Both the position numbers and the translations under genes were made by a program. From the NCBI GenBank assembly GCA_964016885.1, contig OZ024761.1, positions 23,560,001-23,624,000 of the forward strand: 64,000 nucleotides of DNA, in the 5' to 3' direction. The notes under the pieces were generated by a model. The model did not search any database and was not told the origin of the DNA. It worked only from the letters and a program-made list of their open reading frames with translations. Source of the DNA: Eledone cirrhosa. Its lineage: Eukaryota. Of this stretch, positions 27,391 to 40,958 are shown piece by piece. Each line of letters begins with the position of its first letter. Within the stretch, counting starts at the first letter, position 1.

Positions 27391-27444
27391 TTGTTTCGAC
27401 ACACGATTTCATATAAAAAACCTCGCAAAACTAATTCATCGCCG

Positions 27445-27479
<35 letters not shown>

Positions 27480-27481
<2 letters not shown>

Positions 27482-27590
27482 GACGCGTAGCTAGGTGCTT
27501 ATGGAATTGGATTCGCAATCGTGAGGTTGTGAGTTCGATTCCTGGACCAGGTGATACGTTATGCCCTTGAGCAAGACACTTGCTCCTTCT
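27480..27590 (+). mobile_element. SINE family A 5' fragment
   Basis: gtgaggttgtgagttcgattcctggacc...cttgagcaagacact. Confidence 0.7.
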
Positions 27591-27684
27591 ACCTGGAGTT
27601 GCGACTGATAGGTAGTATTAACAATTGGAAAAACCAACGGAAACATTGTATCCTTGATCTGATTTGACGAAAGTCGATCGACTG

Positions 27685-27723
<39 letters not shown>

Positions 27724-27791
27724 AGGAAGCTCCAATCGTTAAGGTTGTCTTTTTTCCGGGTATGTCAATATTTATTTATAAAACAAATCTG

Positions 27792-27857
27792 TATTTTATC
27801 TGATGAAAGCGCACCATAATTTGCCTTGGTTGCCCTTGAAATATGTATAATAAAATA
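27792..27857 (+). ncRNA. Type I minimal hammerhead ribozyme (alternative stem II)
   Basis: tattttat-CTGATGA-aagcgcacca..tggttgccctt-GAAA-tatgtaTA-ataaaata. Confidence 0.7.
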
Positions 27858-27995
27858 AATATGGTTTTATAAATATAGTTTCCATTTATTAATATATTGT
27901 GTATTTACTCCACTAAACTGTTGAGTGCTTTATATCAGTTATCAGTTATAACAATTTTTAAGCTTGTTGAATCCCAACAAATTAAATATAACCTC

Positions 27996-28036
<41 letters not shown>

Positions 28037-28592
28037 CTACGATATAAAACAAAATAAATATTTACACTTTTATTTTACATTTCAATATTTCGGCTGAAAG
28101 GTATTATCAAGAAAAAGAAAGCATGCAGGGCTCAGTACTAATCTGAACAGATACATAAAGTAAATATACACCACCATGTCAAACTTCCCCAAAGACAGTA
28201 ACAACACTTAACAATGCAACCATCAACAACAAAACTTATCCTGCATATCAAAATAAGCTTAATCTCTGAGTTTCTTTTTTTATTATTTAAAAAAGGTCTT
28301 TTACACCGAAATACTAAAATACAAATGATATAACCCGTTGGTTTTGTTTAGCTGTTTTTTTTTTTTTTACGCTTATTTCTAGATTGCATTTTAGTGTCTT
28401 TCTAAATCCCATTAATTCTGTCCTACAAGGTTTCAAATAAACTGTTAAGTTTATTTTTTACTTCTCCTGTAGCATGGCTTCTACATTTCAGCTAAGTGAA
28501 TGTCCCCTAAAACCTCGGAATAGGCTTCGTGCATAGACATTCATATTCTTTCTGAAACATCGTCGCTGTATGGAGAGAAAACGAATAAAGTG

Positions 28593-28645
<53 letters not shown>

Positions 28646-28707
28646 AGTATTTCCGTAGAAAGGGTAAAGGAAAGGAGAGTGCTCTATGTATGCTACAGAT
28701 TAAACTT

Positions 28708-28779
28708 TTCCTTCTGATGAACGATTTCAGGCGTCTCTGTTGAGCTCGCCTGTCTTCGTGAAACCTTTGGTAAATGGAA
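28708..28779 (+). ncRNA. Type I hammerhead ribozyme with long stem II
   Basis: ttcctt-CTGATGA-acga..caggcg/cgcctg..tcgt-GAAA-cc ttt gg-TA-aa(t)ggaa. The island is flanked by (TA)n. Confidence 0.7.
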
Positions 28780-28804
28780 TAATTGTATTGTGTTATTTAT
28801 TACA

Positions 28805-28868
<64 letters not shown>

Positions 28869-29031
28869 ACTACAACAGTGACATGTACAGATACTTAAGC
28901 TTCGTTCGGGTGTATAACCCAACCAAACTTAAGTACCTGCATATGTGTCAATGTTGTAAATATTTATATTTAACCCGTCCTATGGACTCAGTGCTCTTAC
29001 GCTTGGATATTTCTACCAAGTTTGTACAACA

Positions 29032-29082
<51 letters not shown>

Positions 29083-29401
29083 CAGGGAGTGTAACGTCAT
29101 TACAACAGTGGAGGTCCGACGAGCTTTTCATTCCAGAGTCGAGCCAGATCGATAGAGATCGAACTGTGAGCTGACCAATAGCGAAACACACGTCACGAAT
29201 CAATAAACGTAATTGAGGCTTAACAAAGGTATATAAACGTGCACATATACACACGTACACATGTGAAGATTTAAGAACGCTACTGCTCCAAACTAAGGGT
29301 AAAGAACTGATAAGGAAAACCAAAGCACTTTAATAAGCACTGACTCGTATACAATGTGTTTGGTTTGAAAGAAAATGATTCATACATACACAAATATATA
29401 C

Positions 29402-29491
<90 letters not shown>

Positions 29492-29615
29492 TCAGATATG
29501 CATGCTCACATATATTTATACACTCCACCAGCATCTCACACACTTACCAATATATATATATATTTATATATTTATATATATGCATAAATACATGCACACT
29601 CATATATACATACGC

Positions 29616-29652
<37 letters not shown>

Positions 29653-29667
29653 TATATATATATATAT

Positions 29668-29734
<67 letters not shown>

Positions 29735-30161
29735 AACTCAAAAATAAATATATATATATATGTGTATATATGTGTGTGTGTCGGTGAACAATTGAAATAG
29801 TTTTAGAAAGCCACTCCAATGTATGTTGAACATAAAGAACGGAATGGTTAATGGTAAACAAAAGCGATAGTTTACACTTTTATTTCATATTTCAATATTT
29901 CGGCTTTAAAGGCCTTTATCATGAATATAAAATGGGGGAATGTCTTTCTTAAAGAGAAAATATGGAGGACGTCTTTTTAATTGAGAACTATGGAAGTATA
30001 AGGTGAAAGGTCTTTTGTTGTTGTTATATACTTATATATAACTTGCCTTCTTTATTTCAAAATGATATTGTTCCGTATTTCTTAACCATTTTTTAAATTC
30101 GAAATTTCATATCATGTTGAATACAAGGTGTCAATCAAATCAGTAATACACCAATATATAC

Positions 30162-30231
<70 letters not shown>

Positions 30232-30394
30232 ATATATGTATATATATATATATATACGTGTGTGTGTGTGTATAGATATAGATGTATATGTATATATATG
30301 TATATATACATATACATCTATATCTATACACACACATATATATGTACGTGTGTGTGTATATATATGTGTGTGTGTATATATATGTGTGTGTGTG

Positions 30395-30423
<29 letters not shown>

Positions 30424-30427
<4 letters not shown>

Positions 30428-30618
30428 GAATGAGTAGGACCCCGACGGCTGAGCTCAAGCCGTTTCGACGGCTAATTCTGGACAGAATTAGCCGTCCAAA
30501 CGGCTTGAGCTCAGCCGTCGGGGTCCTACTCGTTCCTATTACCCACTCTACTACCCTAAGTATTGAGTACTTTGGTGCCTTATGGTCCACCTGGTTCCTT
30601 ACCACATTTCTTCCGTTA
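30424..30618 (+). mobile_element. Palindromic (TA)n-embedded element, subfamily B
   Basis: Arms at 30424-30480 and 30483-30539, tail at 30540-30618. Confidence 0.9.
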
Positions 30619-30886
30619 TATATTTATTTATATATGTGCATAATATATGTATATATTATGCACATATATGTGCTATATATATATATTTATATTTATATGT
30701 GTGAATATATGTATATATTATAATGCATCTGAGATGTGAGAAAAACCACAGACCCTTCATCTCAACTCAACTTTTGAAAAGCAGAAGAACTGCGAAACCG
30801 GTAAAGGAATCAACTAAATATATATATATTTTTTTTAAATAAGACTCCAGTTGCATTTTTGATTTCATCTTTTTTTTCTTTATATA

Positions 30887-30985
<99 letters not shown>

Positions 30986-31002
30986 TGTTTAATATAGATA
31001 TA

Positions 31003-31133
31003 TGCTTCTACAGGGCAAGAACTGTTTCATTCAAAAGAAATCAGAGCGTATTTCTAAATTAAAACTGATGTCTACACTCTACTAATGTATTGAGCACCTT
31101 AGTGACTGTGGTTACCCCTGGTTGAACCCGGGA
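31003..31133. mobile_element. Decayed member of the 39970-40175 family
   Basis: Inverted arm gcttctacagggcaagaactgtttcattc, plus tail atgtattgagcacctt..gtggttacccc. Confidence 0.55.
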
Positions 31134-31137
31134 CCCA

Positions 31138-31347
31138 TATTGTTATACTTTGGGAGGGTCATGTTGCCAATAAAAAGACACGCACCTGTTGGTTTTTCAC
31201 TTCAATTTATTATAAATTTCCGGCTGGTTGGTTCGATAACCGGAAGTTTGTTTATATATTGTCAAAGCTCTTTCATCACACATTCTGTGACCTCCTCATC
31301 GATTAGGTTTTTATTTTGTGTGTCCTTCCTTTGTTCTGTCCTACACC

Positions 31348-31348
<1 letters not shown>
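31138..31348 (+). mobile_element. Dispersed repeat of about 200 bp (copies at 55622 and 62061)
   Basis: Shared gccaataaaaa.acacgcac..ttattataaattt..ggttggttc.ataaccgg..cacacattctgtgacctc, with an internal hairpin. Adjacent to (TA)n. Confidence 0.8.
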
Positions 31349-31380
<32 letters not shown>

Positions 31381-32388
31381 GAGAGTCAGTGAGAATAGTT
31401 ATTTAGTTGCTGAATCTCCACAGGTTGCAGCTACTAACTAGGTGTACGCTTCGTATCTTTATACAACTATGAAAATAGACCAGCACTACTTTCACTTTCC
31501 AGTGTGTCCATCTTGTAAAAATAATTTTTCAAAAGATTCGAAGAAAAATACAGAATCCCACTGGACAAAGATATGGAACATCTGTTGGATGAAGTAAAAG
31601 AAATACTGACAGAATCAATGCCATAAATAAAGTAAAAGAAAAGAAATTTATCAAGACATTAGCAAAGAAAAAGACATGAAATACAAACTCTCCATCCTAT
31701 TCATTTTTGCAAGTCTTCGGGCTTTTCTGTTTGTCATTTATATATTGTAATTCATAGTTTATCTTATTTTGTTATTGTTGTTGTCATCGTTGTTGTTGCT
31801 GTTGTTGTCGTCGTCGTTGTTGTTGCTGTTGTTCTTCCTCTTTCTTTTGCTTTTTGATGTATGAGTGCGGGCATAGCCATGTGGTTAGGATGCTAAAGAA
31901 ATTAACAATGAAAATATGAAGATAAAATACTAAATTGTCCCACCTATTCATTCTTGCAAGTTTTCATATATAATTTTTTTTCTACCTATTATAATTCATA
32001 TTTCATCTTTCTTATATATATATATATATATATTATAGCCTTGTTTTGCTTTTCTTTCTTTATATATATATATATATATTAAGATGTGCACTAGCAGCCG
32101 AAGTGTACGATATAGTTATATCTGTATAAATACAGAGTGAGTAACCGAGAATGCACATATGTAATATATAGGCATGTAAATATGACAGAATATAGGTATT
32201 TCCCTAAATGGAAAAACATATATTATAAATGCATTTAATCGAGTTTCGGACCTTATTGGGACGTCAGTAGACGGCGGAGATGGATACTGTCTCACATCAT
32301 GGTGTATACATACACAAGCACTCATATATATATATAGAGAGAGATATAGATATAGATATGTATACATATATATATATAGAGAGAGGGA

Positions 32389-32437
<49 letters not shown>

Positions 32438-32440
<3 letters not shown>

Positions 32441-32545
32441 ACAAAAAGGTGTAGTAAGAAACAAGCAGGTGGACCATAACGCAGCACAGTACTCTCGCAT
32501 CATGAGTACAGCGTTCGGATCTCGCTGTCGAAACGTCCGGAGCTG

Positions 32546-32546
<1 letters not shown>
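32438..32546 (-). mobile_element. Distant relative of the palindromic family tail
   Basis: gtagtaagaaac..caggtggaccataacgcagcacagtactc matches 5028-5070. TA flanks. Confidence 0.55.
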
Positions 32547-32576
<30 letters not shown>

Positions 32577-33020
32577 ATATATGTATATATATATGTGTGT
32601 ATGTGTATATATGTATATATATATGTGTGTGTATATATGTATATATATATGCGTGTGTATATATGTATATATATATGTGTGTATGTGTATATATGTATAT
32701 ATATATGTGTGTATGTGTATATATGTATATATATATGTGTGTATATATATATGTGTGTATATATGTATATATGTGTATATATGTATATATATGTGTGTGT
32801 ATATATGTATATATATGTGTTTGTATATATATATATGTGTGTGTATATATATATATATATGTGTGTGTGTATATATATATATATTTGTATATATATATAT
32901 AAATATGTATATATATATGTATATATATATATGTATGTATATATATATATATACATATCTGTATATATATATATACATACATATATACATACATACATAC
33001 ATATATATATATATACATAC

Positions 33021-33059
<39 letters not shown>

Positions 33060-35243
33060 TATATGTATATGGGGGGGGGGGTTGAAGTCGTTGTCAACAT
33101 CAGTTGAGGTGAAAAGAGGTTGAGTAAGTTATAAAGATAGACAGAAAGAAAGAAGGATAAAAGTTGGATTGAATGAACGAAAGGAAACGTAAAGAATGGA
33201 GAATGAACGAGGAAGGGAATACCGGATGGAAGGAGAGATGAAATATTAAAGAAAGAGAAAGTGTGTGTGTGTGTGTCTCCATGTGTGTGTGTGCGGCCAC
33301 GTGTGTGTATGTGGCCGTGTGTGTGTGTGTGTCCATGTGTGTATCCATGTGTGTATGTGTGTGGCTATGTGTGTGTGTGTGTCCATGTGTGTATGTGTGT
33401 GGCCGCGTGTGTGTGTGTGGCCACGTGTGTGTGTGTGTGTGTGTCCATGTGTGTGTGTCCATGTGTGTATGTGTATGGCCATGTGTGTATGTGTGTGTCC
33501 ATGTGTGTATGTGTCCATGTGTGTATGTGTGTGGCCATGTGTGCGTGTTTGGCCATGTGTGTGTGTGTGTGTGGCCATGTGTCTGTGTGTGTGTGTGTGT
33601 GTGGCCACGTGTGTGTGTGTGTGTATGTGTGTGGTCATGTGTCTGTGTACGTGTGTGTGTGTGTGGCCACGTGTGTGTGTGTGCGCGTGTGTATGTGTGT
33701 GGTCATGTGTCTGTGTACGTGTGTGGGGGGGCATGTGTCTGCGTGTGTGTATGTGTGTGTGGCCAGGTGTCTGTGTGTGCGTGTGTGTATGTGTGGAGCC
33801 ATGTGTGTGGGGGGGTGCATGTGTCTATGTGGCTGTGTGTGTGTGTCCATGTGTGAGTATGTGTGTATATATATATGTGCATTTGTGTGCGTGAACATGT
33901 GTGTAAATGTGCATATGTAAGCATGTATGTATGTGTGTGTGAATGTGTGTGCACATCTGTGTAAATGTGTGTATGTAAGCATGTATGTATGTGTGTGTGA
34001 ATGTGTGTGCACATCTGTGTAAATGTGTGTATGTAAGCATGTATGCATGTGTGTGTGAATGTGTGTGTGTACACATTTGTGTAAATGTGTGTATGTAAGC
34101 ATGTATGTATGTGTGTGTGAATGTGTGTGTGCACATCTGTGTAATTGTGTATATGTGTGCATATGTGTAAATGTATATGAGTGTGCATTTGTGTGCGTGC
34201 ACATGAGTAAAGGTGTATGTGTATCTGTATATGTGATCCTGTGTGAATGTGTGTGTGTGCATGTGAGTAAATGTGTGTATGTGTCGGAGTGTGTGTGTGT
34301 GTACATGAGTAAATGTGTGTATGTGTCGGAGTGTGTGTGTGTATGTGTCAGGGAGTATGTGTGTGTGTATGTGTCAGGGAGTATGTGTGTATGTATGTGT
34401 CAGGGTGTGTTTGTGTGTGCATGTGAGTAAATGTGTGTATGTGTCGGAGTGTGTGTGTCAGGGAGTATGTGTGCATGTGAATAAATGTGTGTATGTGTCG
34501 GAGTGTGTGTGTGTGTGTGTATATGTGTCAGGGATTATGTGTGTGTGTATGTGTCAGGGAGTGTTTGTTGTGTGCATGTGAGTAAATGTATGTGTCGGAG
34601 TGTGTGTGTACATGTGAGTAAATGTGTGTATGTGTCGGAGTGTGTGTATGGTTGTGCGTGTGCATGTGTGTATGTGCATGTGTGTTTGTGTGTGTGTGTG
34701 TGATGGTCCATTGATAAAGCAACGGAGAGGAAGAAAGAATCTCAGATGTATAAGAATGTATATATATATGTGTGTGTGCGTATGTATACATGTGTATATA
34801 TTTATATATGTACATGTGTATGTGTACATTTATATGTATGTGTACGTGCATGTTTACATGTGTATGTGTGTATGTGTGTATATGTAAATGTGTATTTGTA
34901 TATATGTATGTACACATTACATGTCTGTGTATGTGTAGATGTTACATGTGTGTATGTCTATGTATATATATATGTGCATGTCTAATGGACGCGTGTGTGT
35001 ATATACATGCCTGTGTATGTACACGTGTATGTGTATACATGTATGTATATACATGTATGTGTATACATGTATGTGTATATGTATGTGTATACATGTATGC
35101 GTATATGTATGTGTATATATGTATATATGTATGTATATACATGTATATATATATGTATGTGTATATGTCTATATGTGTATGTGTATATATGTATGTGTAT
35201 ATATGTATGTATATATATATATATATATACTTATGTGTATGTA

Positions 35244-35275
<32 letters not shown>

Positions 35276-36270
35276 CAGACAGAAGGAAAAAAGAGAAATT
35301 TTTACGCAATGCGTACATTTCTATGTCAGTGTAAAGTTTACTATATTTTAATATTGTGATGCTGTGTGTATATAGTGTATATATAGTGTATATAGTGTAT
35401 ATTGTATAGTGTATATAGTGGATATATAGTGTATATAGTGTATATTGTATAGTGTATATAGTGGATATATAGTGTATATATAGTGTATATTATGTAGTGT
35501 ATATAGTGTATATATATAGTGTATATAGTGTATATTGTGTAGTATATATAGTGTATATATAGTGATATATATAGTGTATATAGTGTATATTGTATAGTGT
35601 ATATAGTGTATATATAGTGTATATAGTGATATATATGGGGTATATAGTATAGTGTATATAGTATATATATAGTGTATATATAGTGTATATAGTGATATAT
35701 ATAGTGTATATAGTGTATATTGTATAGTGTATATAGTGTATATATAGTGTATATAGTGATATAGTATATATATATATAGTGTATAGTGTATATAGTGTAT
35801 ATATATTGTATATAGTGTATAGTGTATATAGTGTATATATAATGTATAGTGTATATAGTGTATATATAGTGTGTATAGTGTATATAGTGTATGTGTGTGT
35901 TTGTGTATGTGGTATAGTGTATGTGTGAGTGTATATGTTATAATACTGTGTGTGAGCTGTAATACTGTGTGTGTGTGTGTGTGGTATAGTGTGTGTGTGC
36001 ACATGTGTTATAATATTATGTGTGTGTATGTGTGTGTGTGGTATAGTGTGTGTGTACATGTGTTATAATACTATGTGTGTGGTATGGTGTGTGTGTATAT
36101 GTTATAATAGTATGTGTGGTATAGTGTGTGTGTACATGTGTTATAATACTATGTGTATTTGTGTGTGGTATAGTGTGTGTGTATATGTTATAATAGTATG
36201 TGTGTGTATGTGTGTGTGGTATAGTGTGTGTGTATATGTTATAATAGTATGTGTGTGTATAGTGTTATAG
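32547..36270. repeat. Compound (TA)n/(TG)n/(TATAGTG)n microsatellite block
   Basis: Direct reading. Short unique interruptions. Confidence 0.9.
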
Positions 36271-36309
36271 TATAGTGTTGGTGTGATAGCATATTTGCAT
36301 TGATCAATG

Positions 36310-36570
36310 GGCCTCCGTCGGTTTCGACAATGAGTTTTCCAGTTGTTCGCTCAATGGTACAGCTTGCTCTTGGAATTTACGTGTAAGTGGCTGAGCATTT
36401 CACAGACGCGTGTTCCCTTAACTTAATTCTCAGGGATATTCAGCATAATAAAAAATGTGACAAGGCTGGCTCTTTGAATTACAGGTACCATCCCTCTTGT
36501 ATTATTGTGTAAGTGGCAGAGCATTCTAAAGAGACGTATACCCCATAACGTAATTCTCAGGAAGATTCAG
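36310..36570 (-). mobile_element. SINE family A 3' body
   Basis: The reverse complement matches 19548-19672 (ctccctgaga.ttatgttaaggg..cacg..t.tgtggaa). Confidence 0.6.
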
Positions 36571-36616
36571 TAGATACGTTCCCCCATTAACTCTGAATGT
36601 CCTGTACCACATTAAA

Positions 36617-37330
36617 CCACATTAGTAATACATTCTTGAAAAGCACAAAACAACACTATGACTACATCGCGTTAAATATTAGTGTTTACTCAAATACTGA
36701 ACATTTTTACAACAATCTATCCGCCATATTAGTAAGACCTTCTTTGAATTGAAAGTACAAGAGGCCATTGTGACTACATCTGATTAAATAGTAAAGTCTT
36801 TAGTCAAATACTGAAGATTTTCACAACAATCTGTCCACTAGTAAAGATACTATAAATATTTCAACTAAAAAAGCCACATTAGTAAGTCATTCTTTGAAAG
36901 TAAAAAACATTGTTATGGCTGCATCATATTAAATATTAAAGTGTTTAGTCAAATACTGAAGATTTTCACAATCTGTCCACTATTAAAGATACTATAAATA
37001 TTTGAATTAACAAACCACATAAAATCATATTAGTAGACATTCTTTAAAAATACAAAACATCATTATGACTGCATCATATTAAATATTAAAAGTCTTTAGT
37101 GAATTACTACACGTTTTCACAACAATCTGCCCACTAGTAAAGATACTTAAGTATTTGAATTAACAAACCACATAAAACCACGTTAGCAAATTTTCTTTGA
37201 AACTACAAAACCCCTTTATGATTCCATCATATTAAATAGTAAAGCCTTTCGCAAAATACTGCAAATTTTCGCATTCTGTCCACTAGTAAAGATACTATAA
37301 ACATTTAAATTAACAAACCCATATTTGGAC
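36617..37330. repeat. Diverged AT-rich tandem repeat, units about 110-160 bp, x5
   Basis: Recurrent tatgact.catc...aaatactgaa.atttt.acaacaatct.tccactagtaaagatact. Confidence 0.8.
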
Positions 37331-37519
37331 ATTTTCTATCAAATCAATACTGGATTTCAAGAGTTAGTATTTACATAAACTCAAAGATTAAAAGATGAAT
37401 TTAATAGCGAGTAGACTTTCAATTAATCAGTTAATAGCTGACGGTGATACTAGATAAATTAGTAATGTAATTAAGGAAGTATTTTAATTAAAGTGTGTGA
37501 ATTTATTGTAATTAACCGT

Positions 37520-38190
37520 GGAATAACCACAATATAGAATGGAGTGGCTGGAGATAAGCGTGGGCGATTTTTTTTGGAGGACAGGAGGTTGCCCATGCAG
37601 TATATCCCCATCTCCACAACACTGCTGGATCCAAAGGAGCAGCGAGGCTGCTACAGTTTGGCAGCTGCACTGTCGCAGGAGCTACCAGAACGAAGTTGTA
37701 ATCAACGACGAACTGCTTTAGGCGTTCCAACTCCGGATTTTTCCACATGGTTTGCTCGTGAAGTCTTCCCATGACTGGATATCACCACAAAACAGCGGAG
37801 GTTTGGATTCGGAGTTTTCCTTCTCCTAGATGGACTACCTGCCAAGGTTAACAATCTCCATCAGGCCCACTGTGACAGGGTTACATGGTAGCCAGTAGCA
37901 GAACAATCCAAGGAAACCAGAACAACCTGACCTGACTGCAACCCACATATTTACTTGCTATCGGGTGGCCGTTTACTCACACGAGTTCTTCCGTTCGAAA
38001 GGACGAAAAATAGAACCTGTTAAAACAGGTTTTGTTTTTCATCCTGCAGGATGTCCAATAATCTCCTTTCCTCATCAAACAAGCCTGGTGGGGGTTGCTG
38101 GTTTAGTCACCGACGACCCGACCATGAAACAGGTTGTACTGGGTTACATGTTACCAGTTAGCACCCAGGAGTGACCTGACAGTAAAGCTA
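37520..38190 (-). mobile_element. RTE-like LINE 5' region
   Basis: The minus strand has the 21612-type module and ctaggagaaggaaaactccgaatccaaacc. Confidence 0.65.
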
Positions 38191-38437
38191 CAACATGGTA
38201 GTTAATATAAGTCTTACAACACAACATGACTTCGAATCTCCTCGAGATCAAATTTCGGGGTCTATAAAATAAAGTACCAATAAATTACTGAGGTCGATAT
38301 AATGGACTTCAGAGAGATACATTACTGGGCCTTAAAGGATCAGTTTTATACAGGGCCTTCACACAACAGTTCAGGGCTTTAAAAAACAACAACAGCACAA
38401 CACAACATTTCAGGGTCCTAGCACATCATCACACCTT

Positions 38438-38985
38438 CTGCCTTCTTCTTCTTCTTCTTCTTCTTTGCCTTCTTCTTCTTCTTCTTCTTTGCCTTCTTTG
38501 CCTTCTTCTTCTTCTTCTTTGCCTTCTTCTTCTTCTTCTTCTTTGCCTTCTTCTTCTTCTTCTTCTTTGCCTTCTTCTTCTTCTTCTTCTTCTTCTTCTT
38601 CTTCTTCTTCTTCTTCTTCTTTGCCTTCTTCTTCTTCTTCTTCTTTGCCTTCTTCTTTTTTTTTCTTTTTTTCTTTGCCTTCTTCTTCTTCTTCTTCTTC
38701 TTCTTCTTCTTCTTTTTCTTCGCTTCTTCTCTTTCTTCTTCTCTTTCTTTTCCTCTCCTTTTCATTCTCCTTCTTTGCCTTCTCTTTCTTCTTCTTCTTC
38801 TTCTTCTCAATCTCCTTCGTCTCGTTCATCTTCTTCTTTTCCCTCTTCTTCTTCTTCTTCGCTTCTTCTCTTTCTTCTTTTCCTCTCTTTCTTCTTTTCA
38901 TTCTCCTTCTTATTTTCATTCTCCTTCTTCTTTTCCTTCTCTTTCTTTTCTTTCTTCTTCTTCTTTTCATTCTTCTTCTTCTTCA
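38438..38985. repeat. (CTT)n polypyrimidine array
   Basis: Direct reading. Source of the poly-K/E/S ORFs. Confidence 0.95.
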
Positions 38986-39341
38986 AACGAGGTTACCAGA
39001 CCCTATGTCGTCTTTTCACCCCTTCCTCACCCATTCACTGTTCAAGTGTGTGTCGAACAAGATTCACAATAGCCTAACATCTTGTTTCGTTTTTATTCTC
39101 TTTTCACATCAGTTCTCAAAAAAAAGTTCACACTGTGTACATACTATGTCAAATTATCAGTTGCTGTTGCTGTTGCTGTTGTTGTTGTTGTTGTTGGCAA
39201 ATGGTGGGATGTGCTCCTTATCGATCGATCTATCTATCTATCTATGTAATCCCACATTTATCTATCGATCAATCTGTTTATCTAAATGTGTTTTTGTTTG
39301 TATATGTTTATCTCTATCTCTCTCTATCCTTATGTCTCCCC

Positions 39342-39434
<93 letters not shown>

Positions 39435-39436
39435 TT

Positions 39437-39476
<40 letters not shown>

Positions 39477-39691
39477 ATGTGTGAGTGTGTGTAAACGGAA
39501 AACAACACAGCAAATGATACAGTAAAACGAAGATATATATTAGTTTAAAGCTTGATTTTAATATAGGAAAAGCACTCTACGTTATGTAATTCATCAAACG
39601 TAGATGATGTGGTGCACGAACGGAGTTTAATAGTTTTAAGTTTTCTTAGAACTTTAAAAGGATACTTCCAGGACTGCCTTCTGTTGTTATA

Positions 39692-39761
<70 letters not shown>

Positions 39762-39796
39762 GAGAGAGAGAGAGATATGTATATATAATGGTTTAT

Positions 39797-39957
39797 TATA
39801 TAGGCACAAGGCCAGTAATTTGGGGGGAAGGGAAAGTCGATTAAATCGACCCCAGTGCGTGACTGGTACTTTATTTCATCGACCCCATAAGGTTGAAAGG
39901 CAAAGTTTACCTCGGCGTAATTTGAGCTCATATCATAAAGAGCCGTAACTCTATGCT
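39797..39957 (-). mobile_element. SINE family B
   Basis: ggcacaaggccag...gtcgattaaatcgaccccag...gaaaggcaaagtttacctcggcg. Confidence 0.8.
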
Positions 39958-39969
39958 GAGAGATATGTA

Positions 39970-40175
39970 TATATAATATAATATAAGAATGGCTTCAACA
40001 GAACTAGAACTGTTTCATCCGGGAGAAATCATCAGGAAGCCCTGATGATTTCTCCCGAATGAAACAGTTCTAGTCCTGTAGAAGCCATTTCTATATATTA
40101 TATATCAGATATTTATACTCTGCTATGTATTGAGTACCTTACTTATTGTGGTTACCCCCGATTCAACCTGGGATA
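39970..40175. mobile_element. Head-to-head inverted double-hammerhead PLE-like element
   Basis: The arms diverge from about 40038. The tail 40105-40175 is on one side only. Confidence 0.85.
39991..40041 (-). ncRNA. Type I hammerhead ribozyme
   Basis: ggcttc-CTGATGA-t ttc tccc gga t-GAAA-cag ttctagtt ctg-TT-gaagcc. Confidence 0.75.
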
Positions 40176-40200
40176 AACTTATATATATATATATATATAT

Positions 40201-40261
<61 letters not shown>

Positions 40262-40293
40262 TAGATATATATGTATGTATATAGATATATATG

Positions 40294-40337
<44 letters not shown>

Positions 40338-40474
40338 CATATATATATACACATATAAACATATATATATATATATACAAATTTTAAATATTTGACTTAT
40401 TTATTTTAGTTTACTTTATATATATATATACACACATATATATATATATGTATACACATATATAGATATATATG

Positions 40475-40518
<44 letters not shown>

Positions 40519-40530
40519 TAGATATATATG

Positions 40531-40597
<67 letters not shown>

Positions 40598-40653
40598 AAC
40601 TAAAATAAACTAAAATAAATAAGTCAAATATTTAAAATTTGGCTTCGTTTATT

Positions 40654-40708
40654 ACTGTTATATATATTTCAGTGACAGCCATCTTTGGCTGTGACCTCTT
40701 CAGGCAAT
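40654..40708 (-). ncRNA. Type I minimal hammerhead (stem I partly decayed)
   Basis: attgc-CTGAAGA-ggtcacagcca aaga tggctgtcact-GAAA-tatata-TA-acagt. Confidence 0.6.
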
Positions 40709-40958
40709 CCGAATTAGTGTGGTAGAGACGAGTACACATGTTGTTGAGGTGTTTAACTTTGTCAATACTCTGATATGCCCAGTTCCTGGTTGGGTTGTTA
40801 TTTCACTGAGGAACTGGAATCATATGTTCCTCATAGATTTATTTTACATTACTCCGGAGTAACCAAACCAACCTACGTACTTCGTCGAGTGCTCCATTCC
40901 GCATACTGAGGTGTCGGCAAACAACCAACATATACTCAAAAAATATATATATATATAT

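Noticed and set aside
29160-29200. Additional hammerhead-like motifs here and at about 28090, 29900, 30770 and 43945
   Set aside because: The core or stem I is too degenerate to call. They may be decayed copies.
38410-38970. Lys/Glu-rich ORFs
   Set aside because: Translation of (CTT)n.
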